The notes beneath the pieces were generated by a model. The model saw nothing but the letters and a program-made list of their open reading frames with translations, did not search any database and was not told the origin of the DNA. This document shows, one piece after another, positions 20,401 to 32,000 of a stretch of 64,000 bases of DNA (within the stretch, counting starts at the first letter, position 1; each line of letters begins with the position of its first letter). The stretch covers positions 32,001 through 96,000 of IMG/VR virus record IMGVR_UViG_3300028048_003164. One strand, given 5' to 3'. A program made the translations under genes and the position numbers. The DNA comes from a virus. Its lineage: Duplodnaviria > Caudoviricetes.

Positions 20401-23400
20401 TCGAGGTACGCATCTGCCACCTCTGCTGCATTTTCCTTAGTTGCTTGTTTCAAACGTGGAAACCATTCAGCCTTGATCTCGTCTTCTGCTTTAAAGACCG
20501 CACTGGCAATATCCTTCCAACGTTCGATAAGTTCTTTCCTATTACTCATTTCTCGTTATATTTATTAATGGTTCACTACCCACCCTCATAGGGGTGTCGC
20601 TATCTACTGTTATGTGTGATTTCTCTCCTTCTGGCTTATCGAGCCAGAGCTGATGTCTTAGGCATTGATGTATATCCCATAGGATGTCAGCCGTGTCGTC
20701 GTAGTGAATGCCGTACAGTGCATTGCTTTCGAGTCCCCAGAAACGTTTTTTTATTTCCTTACTCATTCGTTCCGCATCGTGACGCATGGCATACCATCCA
20801 CCGTTCCATTCCTTATCCATGCCGTGACCGCCTACCGCCTCCTTGCAGCGTTTCTCCCACGCCTCTTCCATAAGCTCCTGATACGTCCAATCCTGCCCTT
20901 GTATCAGTCGTGCCATGCGGTCGCAGGTATAGGAAAGCAGCTTTACTTGCCGTTCCGTAAGTTGTACAGTGTATGTTTTCATCCTTCCAAAGGTTCAAAT
21001 AGTTTCAATAGATCCGTTAATATATCAGTCTTACCGTTATAATAGACAGACGAAACATCATAACCAAGCATTATAAAAGAAAAAGTGCCATATTCATCAG
21101 CTTTTTTGTCATAATGTTTTCTTAGTCTCTCCAGAGTCTTCTTAGGTATGATAATAGAGTCACCCTTAATCATGTATTCATCTTTTCTAAGTGTCATTCT
21201 TCACATCCTCCTTTGATTACTGCAGCATAATCTATCACACAAGAGCTACCTCCAACCGCCTTTATATTTCTTGGTTCATCCCCAACAAATAGCTTATATA
21301 AGGCTATAGCGTCTTCTATAGTGGGTGCTACATATAGCTTACCATCTATGTCCCATACTTTTGTTATTGTCCATCCATTCATTCTTCACCTCCTTTATCA
21401 TTTTCTTCATACGTTCTTGACAATACTTGCAGTTACCTTTATGGGTAATATTGGTATAATTGATAGGGGAGCCGGATATAATATATTCACAGCTATCAAG
21501 AGTTTTCGTTGTATATAATGAACCATTTTCATATTTGCACCCCACCATCATAATGGCAGTGAGTGCTAATAATATCAGTTTCTTCATTGCTTTTTGCTTC
21601 GTCTATTACTGTATCTAGGATTGTCTTTAATATATTTTCTAACCCTCACAGGACGATTTGCTTTAAAATAACCACAGGCTTCCTCGTTCTCTTCAACTTG
21701 CAGTATTTCATCATCCACTCTAAAAGGATTAATGCCATCCAAACACTCCTTGTTCATACCAATACTTGCGCAATCCCCTATAGAATGTGGTTTGCCCTCC
21801 TTAACATAGCGCATAAAATAGCCACATTCTCCACATGTCTTATGATTATTCTTCATATCTCATCTTCTTTAAATGGCAGTGGTGCATCTAACCAAATCTT
21901 TACATCAGGGATAGACCATCCTACCTCGCCATTCCTTTCGAGGTAATATCTATTGCCATCAAATTGTTTCCAATCACCCATTGGCATTGTATGAGCAATG
22001 GCTACCTTTGGATATTGTCTTTCTGTTTTGGTAAAGACTACAACCTCTCTGTCTATCTCTGGTAAAAAATCGCCATCAGCGGGGTGCCATAGGTGTGCAT
22101 CAGCCCATAGAGCGCCTTGTACAAAGGCTATAAATTCCCTATTACGTGATTTACCTTTGATTAAATGAGCCACCTGTTCTATCTGTTCTCTTCTTGTCAT
22201 AACTTCCTAATTTGTACAATTACTGCTTGACCTGCATTATAGTCGCCATAAAGTAAATTCTCTCCAAGCCATCTTTGATTTTTGCCATCAACGTTTATGG
22301 TATCGTAAAGAGTTTCTCCTTGCCCAGCCAGCCATTCTGCACCTGCTTTAAAAGCACGTTCCACATAGTCTATATCTGTTTTATCTTCCCACCCATCATC
22401 GCTATATTCAAGATAATTAGCAGGGTTATCGGTGTACTTATCTACTGCTTCATTAACATCAGATAGGAGTGATGGAATACTGTTAAATGCTACTTCAATA
22501 GCATTGTTAAAGTCTTCTTCCGAATAGCCATTGCCTCTACAGGCAAGAATTCTTTTTGCTTCTTCTCTTGTCATAATCATTTCCTCCATACACATACAGG
22601 GCAGTCCTTACTATCCTTAGTGCAATAGTAGCACTCATTGACAGTGTTTGCCCTTATGTCTTCTAAGTTTCTATTAAGTTTCATCCTCCATTGCTTTACG
22701 GAACTTTCTAACTTTACTTTTATACCACTTGATTTCCTCTGGTGTCATTGATGGGTATGATAGTTCATCTTCCCACCACTTGCAAGCCTTGTCAATCAAC
22801 TTTTCCCTTGTATTTTCACTGCCTGCAAAATAAGCATGGTCTTCTGCGTTTTTGATTATTTCATCAACTTCTTTTACTTCAAGGGTGTCGAGAAAATCTC
22901 TTACTTTCCCTAATATTTCATACTCAAATGTAGCATAGGCTCTATCGCTACCTGTCAAGGGAATAGTAAGGATACCTTTCTTAATCTTATCACGCCAATC
23001 CTCCAGCTCCGCCACTACAGCGGCTTTGTCTATCAGTTTCATAATTACTCTTGTTTAGGTTCATCAATATACGTCCAATAAAGAACATCTTCCCAGTTTA
23101 TTCTACCTTCCCATCCTGTGTTTGAGTAATAGCAGCATATATCATATAGCCATATACCGTCTTCCATATTTTTGTTTCTGCAAGCGGTAAGAACTTCTTT
23201 GCCACTTTCAGGAAACTTTATTTTTGTACTAATCCATTCCATATTCATTCCTCCATATACTTTTTGAAATCTTCGTATTTGTATTTTACCTCACTATAAT
23301 AAGGTCTAATTTCCTTACTAATCCATTCAAGTGCCTTCTCAATAAAAGCATCAGTGCGAGTGTATTCAACACTTTCGTTGTTTGCTGGTCTATGTAACCA

Positions 23401-23694
23401 AGGACGCAAAAACTCTCTACCACCTATATCGGGGTGGATATAAATCTTCTCTGGTGCGTTTGCTTTCATAACTTATTCTCCTTTCATATATTCTCTAAAA
23501 TCTTCAACATCATCATCGTTAAAAAACAAAATGTTGTACTGGAGCCACTCAATAGCCTTCTCAATAAAGGTATCAGTGCAGGTGTACTCAATGTTAGTAA
23601 AACCCTCAGATGGTAGTGCATCCCAGCCATCACGCAATTCACCTAATAAATTTTTTGTTAAATAAATATTCTCTGGTGCTTCATTTGCTTTCAT
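17478..23694 (-). other. Dense array of about 20 small accessory genes (e.g. 17873-18340, 18757-19143, 19651-19875, 20542-20982, 21584-21856, 21853-22200, 22674-23042, 23045-23248 DUF551-like, 23245-23469, 23473-23694)
   Basis: Co-oriented ORFs with overlapping start/stop codons; several are paralogous to each other. Confidence 0.7.
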
Positions 23695-25133
23695 AACTTA
23701 TATATTTTTGACATTTGTTCGTAAAGCTCATTTAATTTTGACGCTGGATAGCCGTTTGTATGGTAATGATTGATAGCGTCGTGCAAGCATTCTATCTGTT
23801 CTTCACTTGGCTTCCAAGTGTATCTGTCTTTGAGGGATTTGAGCCAATCAACATCTTTAAGTAGTATATCATTGTCTGCGACATTAAGATTTTCAAGGCA
23901 AGCCACAATTCGATTTATCTTGACTTCATCCTCTTCACTCCAAGACGATTTCATCTCAGATAGAGTATCAGCTCTACCCTTCTCATACTCTGTTCTGAGT
24001 AACTCTTTCATTTCTTCGTCAGTAGGTTTATCATATAGTGCTTCCTTTGCTTCAGCTGATACCATTCTTTGAGAGATTTTCTTTAACTCATGCGTTTCTT
24101 CTGACCACTCATATCCAGCTTCTTTCATCTTTAAAAAGAGAGTATCACGCTGCTCTTTGGTTGCTGGATGATATATACAATTAGCAGTATCTCCCCATCC
24201 ACTGCTTTTAGTAAATCCTACACCACCAATTCCACAATATCCAAATATGGTTAATGGATTTGATACATCTGTTTTTATATTAGACGGTTTTGTTTCTTTA
24301 AATATGAATGGACTTTCTCCCATATAATTTTTATTGATAAGTGTATCACTATCCTTTGCATCTTGGATAGTCCAAAGATGTGCGATTTTATCTACAGTTC
24401 CATATTCTAATGATGTACTTAAACCATTTTGGTCAATCAATTCGTAGCCACATCCATTATAGTTGACCTTATAGCATTTGTTTTGCCATACTATCCAATC
24501 ACCGACCTTGAATTTTGGTTCAATGTTGTCAACAGGTTTCTGCTCATCCATTGTAGCCATAGGAACTTCTTCACCGTTCATAATCTTGATACTCTCCCTT
24601 ACGATTTTCGCATCAGTATGATAGCCTTCGTTATCGAGTGCCACTGCAAGTTTTTCAGTGTATGCCTTCGCTCTGTCAGACACTTCTATCATTTCAAGAA
24701 GTCTTGGAAGAGCCTTGAAGGTAAACTCTTTTTCAGATGTTTCCTTCCCTTGCTTTTCAAGCCAAGACTTTCTTTCCAATTCTACTCCCTTATCATACCA
24801 AGCATGGCACATGTTGATAATAGCTTCCTCAGAATATTTATCCAAAGCTGATGTCAGAGCACCACAATCTGTTCTATTCCAAACATATTCAAAGTCTGTT
24901 GATTCATATTCTTTTTGCTTTTCAAGCCAATTAATCATGTTATTCTGATTTTGCTTGTCAAGAACTTCTGATGATTGTCTGACAAGTTTAATTATTGCTT
25001 TCCTTATCTTCTCATCCTCTGATTCACAGAGTTCAGGGATAATGGTATCAAGTGCTGTTCTTACTGAAAACAGTGCAGACTTATCGTGAAAGTCTTTTAA
25101 TATTTTCATTGCTTCTTTCTTTTCCATAATCAC
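23691..25133 (-). CDS. Mosaic multi-domain hypothetical phage protein
   Basis: ESEDEKIRKAII, PKFKVGDWIV, HLWTIQDAK, PATKEQRDTLF, WSEEDE and WKPSEEQ segments typical of Prevotella-phage mosaic proteins. Confidence 0.75.
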   Translation of the reverse strand: MIMEKKEAMKILKDFHDKSALFSVRTALDTIIPELCESEDEKIRKAIIKLVRQSSEVLDKQNQNNMINWLEKQKEYESTDFEYVWNRTDCGALTSALDKYSEEAIINMCHAWYDKGVELERKSWLEKQGKETSEKEFTFKALPRLLEMIEVSDRAKAYTEKLAVALDNEGYHTDAKIVRESIKIMNGEEVPMATMDEQKPVDNIEPKFKVGDWIVWQNKCYKVNYNGCGYELIDQNGLSTSLEYGTVDKIAHLWTIQDAKDSDTLINKNYMGESPFIFKETKPSNIKTDVSNPLTIFGYCGIGGVGFTKSSGWGDTANCIYHPATKEQRDTLFLKMKEAGYEWSEETHELKKISQRMVSAEAKEALYDKPTDEEMKELLRTEYEKGRADTLSEMKSSWSEEDEVKINRIVACLENLNVADNDILLKDVDWLKSLKDRYTWKPSEEQIECLHDAINHYHTNGYPASKLNELYEQMSKIYKL

Positions 25134-25495
25134 AAAAGTTTATCTTTATGTAACTCAATAATCATATTATAACATGCATCAATAGGATTATCAAACCAGT
25201 CTCCTACATATCCATCACCTATATATGCTTTTACCCTATAGTCATAAGTATCATCGGACCAAATCTCCTTTTCTATGTCTATACGAGGTAAAACATCAAT
25301 TAATGCAGAAAGACTCCAAGCAGGATAAAACTTAACATTACCGCTACCATCCTTAACTAAATCCCAATCATCTATAGGAAGTAATCTTATTGTATCATCA
25401 ACAAATACATTCCATCCCATATCAGCGGTATCAATATCAATCCCAAGCTCTATGAGTTTCTTGGATTGCTCTATGCCTGTACAAATCTTATTCAT
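25130..25495 (-). CDS. Hypothetical phage protein
   Basis: CTGIEQSKKLIELG...TADM...PAWSLSALIDVLP. Confidence 0.7.
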   Translation of the reverse strand: MNKICTGIEQSKKLIELGIDIDTADMGWNVFVDDTIRLLPIDDWDLVKDGSGNVKFYPAWSLSALIDVLPRIDIEKEIWSDDTYDYRVKAYIGDGYVGDWFDNPIDACYNMIIELHKDKLL

Positions 25496-25723
25496 AAATC
25501 TTCAAAATTCAAACTTATACCAAGATACATTGGAAAGAGAATACCTCCAAGTATTAAACAACCACTAAATACACCAAATATATTTTTCCCTTTAGATTTT
25601 GCTATACGATAAACTGCTCCAAAGCAAAATAATGCTGCAAAAATCCAATAAAATATTAGTAAATATATCATAATTATTTCTTTTTATTATTTCTTTTTGA
25701 GTCTTCTGAACTTTATCAGTAGT

Positions 25724-25821
25724 AGGTGGATTAGGAGTCGAACCCTTGTTTCAATAATCGCGATATTACCTGTTCTGAAAATTCAGTTAAGCCGCCACCG
25801 TGGCGAGCTGCCGATCCACCC
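25724..25821 (-). ncRNA. tRNA-like element (degenerate; some tRNA-Sec-like features)
   Basis: Minus strand GGGTGGAT...ATCCACCT acceptor-like stem, GGTTCGACTCC T-loop and internal hairpins. The anticodon arm is not canonical. Confidence 0.35.
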
Positions 25822-25905
25822 GTAATGCCCACCGCCGTGGGCTGTGATTTAAAATGCGTTTTTTAGACATATAGTTTCACAACTATGTTTTTCATTCAAG
25901 CGATA

Positions 25906-26017
25906 CAAAGGTACGAATAAAGTATTTATTTTCAAAGTAATATATGCTAAAAATGCTTAATAGCGGCAACAAAATACGCATATATTGCATATCTTTTGAA
26001 TTAAAATATTACTTTTG
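25906..26017. promoter_or_regulatory. Divergent promoter pair separating the leftward and rightward arms
   Basis: TACCTTTG on - (25906-25913) and TACTTTTG on + (26010-26017). Confidence 0.7.
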
Positions 26018-26149
26018 CAATGTGTTCAAGGGCACTACATTGACACTAAAAATGAATTTTTACTTTAATATATAAAGTAGAGGAAACCGAGAAAGAAGTA
26101 GTGCTCTTTCGAGGTTTCCTATTTTTATTAAATATCAAAAAGTAAGCAA

Positions 26150-26641
26150 ATGAAAACGAAGATCAAGGTGACAAGGGAAGTGGATTTGCGATACCTCAAA
26201 GTTGATGCAGGAGTACGTTATTGGGAAGATTCTGACATAGACGGAACACCAGACTTGGATATGTGCGAATGCAAAGGCAATGCCGTTCCACGTATGCCGT
26301 TTGCCGTCAAGGTGAAAGACAAGCCTGAGTCAAATATCTACTCTGACCACTGGCGTTGGCAACCGACTATCGACGTAGAGAGGGGTTGTATTGTTGACTG
26401 GCCGAAGGGAACGACGGCACGAGTTCACTACAAGGTCTTCGACGATGGCGTTTACAATCTCCTTGATCCGTTGGAGAACATCATTGTCTCGGTCGAGAGT
26501 TTCGTTCCCGACTGCATCGGTGAGTATGGTGATTACATCGTCATGAACATCGATGAAGACGGAAACATCGAGGGCTTCAACTTTACCGCTGACGACGTGG
26601 ATGAAATCATCAAAAGCGACTTCGATTACGAGGAGGACTGA
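26150..26641 (+). CDS. Conserved hypothetical phage protein
   Basis: VDAGVRYWED...YGDYIVMNIDEDG. Confidence 0.75.
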   Translation: MKTKIKVTREVDLRYLKVDAGVRYWEDSDIDGTPDLDMCECKGNAVPRMPFAVKVKDKPESNIYSDHWRWQPTIDVERGCIVDWPKGTTARVHYKVFDDGVYNLLDPLENIIVSVESFVPDCIGEYGDYIVMNIDEDGNIEGFNFTADDVDEIIKSDFDYEED

Positions 26642-26643
26642 CA

Positions 26644-26973
26644 ATGAGTTTGTATCATCATCATTTCAAGAAGAGCGATAGTTGGATGTGGATTAACTGG
26701 GTACGTCATGACGGATTTGGAAAACTCCCACATCTTTCTGTCCGTAAGGTAAAACACGACCTTTACTTTTACTTTGACTTCACTTGGTGGAAATTGAATT
26801 GTTACAGGGTAAAGGGTCTTAACAAACCAAAATATAAACCAGAACTTCCGCGAATGGAAGAATATGCAGATTTGAATAATTATCTAAAAGCCGTAAGTAA
26901 GTACTACGAACTATGTGAAGCTGCGGGGTATGTCGAAGCCCTTAATGCCCAACTAATGAAGAAGGAGGACTGA
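26644..26973 (+). CDS. Hypothetical protein
   Basis: Operonic ORF. Confidence 0.55.
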   Translation: MSLYHHHFKKSDSWMWINWVRHDGFGKLPHLSVRKVKHDLYFYFDFTWWKLNCYRVKGLNKPKYKPELPRMEEYADLNNYLKAVSKYYELCEAAGYVEALNAQLMKKED

Positions 26974-26976
26974 CGT

Positions 26977-27303
26977 ATGTTTGACTTGGAGAAACTAAAG
27001 GACAATAACGCTATCTTTTGGATATTCCGTTTCCCGGAGTATCGCAAGGTGGCGGCAGAGTGTGGATGGGCAATAGCCATTCACGGTTCTGCCGTCCACG
27101 ACCTTGACCTAATGGCAATGCCATGGGTGGAGAATCATACAACCGCCGACGAGCTTGCGCAGCGGCTGAATGAGTGTGAGCGGCCTGAGTACCGACGACC
27201 TTATGAGAAATCGAAACCGGGCGATAAACCGAACGGAAGGATTGTTTATACCATCTTTGCAGGTGGAACATATATAGACATGAATGTAATCAATAAGGAT
27301 TGA
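26977..27303 (+). CDS. Minimal nucleotidyltransferase-like protein
   Basis: IHGSAVHDLDL matches the hGS...DxD pol-beta-superfamily motif; a third Asp is present in YIDM. Confidence 0.6.
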   Translation: MFDLEKLKDNNAIFWIFRFPEYRKVAAECGWAIAIHGSAVHDLDLMAMPWVENHTTADELAQRLNECERPEYRRPYEKSKPGDKPNGRIVYTIFAGGTYIDMNVINKD

Positions 27304-27385
27304 CCAGTGGGATTGATACGAATTTGGCCTGTGATGAACTTGCAAGGAAGAAAATGATGAGGATATAGAAATAAAAAAGAGAAAA

Positions 27386-27742
27386 ATGAAACCTTACGAG
27401 AACAACAATATGGGTATTCCTATAAAGAAATGCTGCGCCTCTTGTGAGCATAAGCGCTTCGACAATAAAAATAGGATATGCCTTTTGGGAGAGGGAATGG
27501 TTCCTCCGTCATATGTATGCAAGAGATGGAGGATGAGTTCAAACCTTTTGAATGTAGGCAAGGGAGATGGAAGGATAAAGAAACGTGAGTATCTTATGTA
27601 TGCCCTAAACAGGCTGATGGAGGAAGACGTGAGTGCGGAAGATGCGGCGACGGCAAAGCGAATGTATAGGAAGGCTACGTTGGGTGAGATAAGAAGTGAA
27701 TTCATGGATAGACAAGAAACAATATTCGATACCATAGAATGA
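27386..27742 (+). CDS. Cys-rich hypothetical protein
   Basis: CCASCEH...C...C. Confidence 0.6.
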   Translation: MKPYENNNMGIPIKKCCASCEHKRFDNKNRICLLGEGMVPPSYVCKRWRMSSNLLNVGKGDGRIKKREYLMYALNRLMEEDVSAEDAATAKRMYRKATLGEIRSEFMDRQETIFDTIE

Positions 27743-28443
27743 AACTGGAATATTTCGATAAGATAGATGACGTGTCACCGCTTTCCGTTTTCTTTAATAA
27801 GACGATGGATAAGCTTGCAGCATTGAGGAAACTTTGTGCCCCCGTATCTTTCCTGCGTAATGAAGAAATAGCAGATTTTCAGGATAAGGCCTTCTGTAAT
27901 CTATGCAGATATGAGTATTGGATGCATCAGGTAGTAGGAAGGCTTTACCGATGGAAGATAGACACTGAGGAGTACTTCTCCGAGGACTTTGACAGTTCGG
28001 TCTTGCAAAGAATAAAGGACTCAGTATTAGGGGAAGGAGACATAGTGGCCGAGACGTTGCCGTATGACATATGGTCTCTCTGTAAGGATATCCTTTCGCA
28101 GGCACGAATCGGAGTGTTAGACAGCTTGAGGGTAGTCTACGGATGTGATGTGAAGACGTATAGGATGTCGGAGGAAGGCACTCCTATTCCCATGACAAGG
28201 GAGGATATAGAACTGATAGACGTTGAGCGGCAGGTAGAGGCGGAGGATGATACGAAACGTCTTATGGCAATTGCAGGCGGGATCACTGCCGTCGTGCAGA
28301 CAATTCATTCTCTCGGGGACAAGGACTTCAAGGAGGAAGATATAATGATAATGATACATAGAATGGCGGAATCTTTGCTAATGATGGATTTTAAGAGGGC
28401 GGAGACCGTGTTAAAGGATTGGAGGGAAACTCATGCGGTATAG
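27739..28443 (+). CDS. Hypothetical protein
   Basis: 234-aa ORF with ATGA overlap. Confidence 0.65.
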   Translation: MKLEYFDKIDDVSPLSVFFNKTMDKLAALRKLCAPVSFLRNEEIADFQDKAFCNLCRYEYWMHQVVGRLYRWKIDTEEYFSEDFDSSVLQRIKDSVLGEGDIVAETLPYDIWSLCKDILSQARIGVLDSLRVVYGCDVKTYRMSEEGTPIPMTREDIELIDVERQVEAEDDTKRLMAIAGGITAVVQTIHSLGDKDFKEEDIMIMIHRMAESLLMMDFKRAETVLKDWRETHAV

Positions 28444-28590
28444 GGTAGGTGCATTTGAAGGAGGCGTCTTTAAGAGATGGGCTGGCTATCCTTACAATGA
28501 AAGGAAGGATGCCGAGGAATACTGCGCAGGATGCACGCAGACTTGCTCAGGGCTGACGGGATTGCAGTATAAAGTTCTTGAGGTGGATGA

Positions 28591-29004
28591 ATGAGAAAAA
28601 TATATACGACGGAAAATATACGATTGGATGGAGTGGAGGTTCTCGGCATTGAAAGCCTTGCACCTGCGGCAAGAAAATGGGTCACCGAGACACGCAGAAC
28701 CTTGCTCCGCAGGGTGACGCTGCCTGAGAAGGTGACTGCGAGGATGCTTGCTCAGTTCGATGATAAGCCCGTACGACAGGCATATTTCAAGATAAGGGGA
28801 AGGTCTTATTTCCTTGATTTCTTCTTCCCGGAGAGAATGATTGCCGTGGAAATCGACGGTTCCGTACATAGGCTCAAGAAGGATCACGACAGACGGCGGG
28901 ATGCGGATTTCCGCAGCATAGGGGTAAGGACGATACGGATAAAGAACAGTGACGTGATGTGCGGGAAACTTTACGAGAAACTTTTTAAAGGCATTTACAG
29001 ATAA
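28591..29004 (+). CDS. DUF559/Vsr-like PD-(D/E)xK endonuclease
   Basis: YFLDFF...IAVEIDGSVH...DRRRD...GVRTIRI. Confidence 0.85.
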   Translation: MRKIYTTENIRLDGVEVLGIESLAPAARKWVTETRRTLLRRVTLPEKVTARMLAQFDDKPVRQAYFKIRGRSYFLDFFFPERMIAVEIDGSVHRLKKDHDRRRDADFRSIGVRTIRIKNSDVMCGKLYEKLFKGIYR

Positions 29005-29032
29005 TTATTAACAAATATATAATTTAGAGAAT

Positions 29033-32000
29033 ATGAACTACAATGATTTTAAACGCGCCCGGAAATTCGGGAAAGATGAGGGGAATAAGGCTCTTATCGG
29101 AAAGATAGGGGAGTGTGAGGATATGCTCGGTGTCCTTGACTGGCTGAAGAATAATGAGAATAAGGATGAGGAGGGGAAACCGAGGTATAAGGCCACCGTT
29201 ACCGTTAATATTCATGGTCGCGGTGAGGATGATTCCAACGAGAAGGGAGTGCGTTCCCTCTCCTATGACACCAACTTTGATTTCGTAGAGAAGAAAGTAC
29301 GGGGTGAGTATGACCGCTTAGTGAAGGAGTTTGAGGAAAGGACGAAAGACTGAATACCATGGATATTATTATCAGCATACTTGACAAGCATTTGAAGACG
29401 GCTGCGGCTACGTTGCTTCTGTTGTCGGAAGAGACAGCGGTTGAAAAAATGCAAGAGGCCGTGGAAAAATTAAAGGGCGAAATGGTAAGATTAAGGACAG
29501 AGGATTTAGGGGAAGGCGCAGAAAAACTGAGTATAGCCCTCGCAATGCAAGTCCTTGAACATTATATTAATAAGGGGGAAAAGGCATAGTATCTTCAAAC
29601 TACCATAAGAAAGTTTGCAACTGCCTGCTATTCAGGCAAATTGTTAAAAGAAGCCATAGTTAGATAACAAAACAAAATATATTTTGTTATAAAACATATT
29701 ATTTGTACTTTTGTATCGTATGCAAACCCAAATGGGTAGAGTATGATAATAAAGGTGCAGATGGCTATCGTTAGCCATCTTTTCAAAGAATACTTAACCA
29801 TAAAAAGAATATGAAAGAAATGGAAGAGATGCAAGTATGTAAATGCTGTGGCAAGGAGCTACCCCTAAGTATGTATCGCAGTTCCCGGCTCGGGAGGTTT
29901 AAAACATGTAAGGAGTGTACGAGGAAACATCAGATCAATGCAAAGCTTGACAAGAAGATTGCAAAGCTGAAGGAGAAGGATGCCACCGATGCCCGTTTCC
30001 TGCGTTTAAAGGATTTTACCCCACGTGAACTTATGGCCGAGTTGAAACGTCGTGGCTTCAAGTTTACGATGGAGTACGTTGAGACACATGTGATAAATTC
30101 AAAGGACATTGAGATATGAGCAAGAAGGAAATGTTAGAATCGGTGATTGCTGATTATAAGGCTCACCGTGATAAGGTAAGGGAGATACATATTCTCTACA
30201 GAAACGGCACGAAGGCAGGCATCGGCAACAATGAGGTTATCCGGAAGGTCATGGACACCCTAATTGAAGAGGCTGAGAGCCAGCTTCTTGAGCTTAAGTA
30301 TGGTAAATGGTATGGTAAATGCCCCAACTTTGTGCCCAAGCCCGATGTAAAGCAAGGCAAGAATGGGTGGAGGAAGTTTCCCGATGAGAAGCCGGCGGCG
30401 GCAGGTGAGTATCTTGTACGTGGTATCGGTGGCCTTGATAACAAGTTACACCATTGGGTGTGCTTGTGGGTAGGTGATTTCGATGACAAAACCATCGCAC
30501 ATCGTTTCTTCTACGGAGGCAACGAGTTCCGTGAGTGTGAGGTATTTGAGTGGGTCGATGTAAACGAATTATAATAACAACCTTTAAAAAGAGAGGTATG
30601 AGCTTATACAATATTTTAAACGGGGTAAATCCCGCTACGTTTTTGATTCTGCCGATGCTTGGCAGACACCCTGATGAATATCCGAGGTTCCGTGATTGCT
30701 TTGTTGGCGAGGACAGACAGATTATTGTCCTTACAAGGGTCGGTGGCGGTAACCGCAACTGTGGATTTGGTGAGGAAACACTTTATAAAGACCCGAACTT
30801 TGTAAAGACTTACGATGATGAGTTTGACGACACATACGGTTACTATGTGTTCAGTGTCCCAGAGGAATGGAAAGACGACTTTGATAAAATTATCAAAGGA
30901 GAGAAACCGTCTGCGGGGTATCTTGACCAAATGTGCAAGGTGTACCCGAAGCTTGAAGAGAAGTTCCGTGAACAGTTTACGTTATGACAAAAAAGGAGAT
31001 TAGGGAGAAACTTTGCGCCTTATGCTTGTATGCACCCTACGGAGTGAAGGTAAAGCACGACTTGCAGGAGTTCCCTTGTGAGTTGCAATCCGTTGACCTA
31101 TATCGCAGTTCGGTAGAATGTGTTCCCATCGGTGAGAAAGCCTTCCTTGGCACGCAGCATTTCCACGTGGAGTTCGTGAAGCCTGTGCTGCGGACAATGG
31201 AGAGCATAACCGAGGAAGAAAAGGAAGAGCTTTCATTTATTGCCTCTGATAGTGATTTCAAGTGGTGGCAGTATTGGAAGGGTGGTTTTGACGGTCATTT
31301 TGGTGAGGGTGACGGACGAGTGGAACTTGATGACATGGCAAGAGTTATCAAGTGGCTGTGTGAAAAAAAGTTTGATTTTATGAACCTCATCCAACGTGGG
31401 ATGGCAGTAAACGAACAAGATATATTTTGAATTATGACAGAAAAAGACAAAGAATTGTTAGAGCAAGCCTACGAGACCACCTACAGGAGCACGTTCCGCA
31501 GGCTTATCATGGAGGCCGACACCGAGGAGTGCCGCGAAGCAATCCATCAGATTATGTGTGATAGAGAAATGGAAATGGAGGACTGATACATGGCAAAGGC
31601 AAAGGATTTGTTGAAATCGCTGTACGTGTTCCGAAAAGGTAATGCGTATCAGCCGATTGTAAAGCAGATAACCCAAGGGGAGATAAACCCGAGGGCAACG
31701 TATATTCAGACCTTCGATAGAATGGTTTTCAACCTTGTCGTTCCCGATGTGGTGTTCATCACGACGGCAGACGAAACATGTTATCTTTATAAAGTTGACT
31801 AATATGGAATTACAAGTAGGCGAGTATTTTATTCCCGATGATTGCACGGCAAAGTTTGTCGGTAGGACATTGGTAGTGTACAAGCGAAAGAGCAAAAAGC
31901 TTGCTCCGAACGAATACCGATGCAAGGACTGCAAGCATAGGGTCAAAGGGCGAACCTTCATACGACAGTACTATGATTCAATGGTATGCGAACTGAAACC

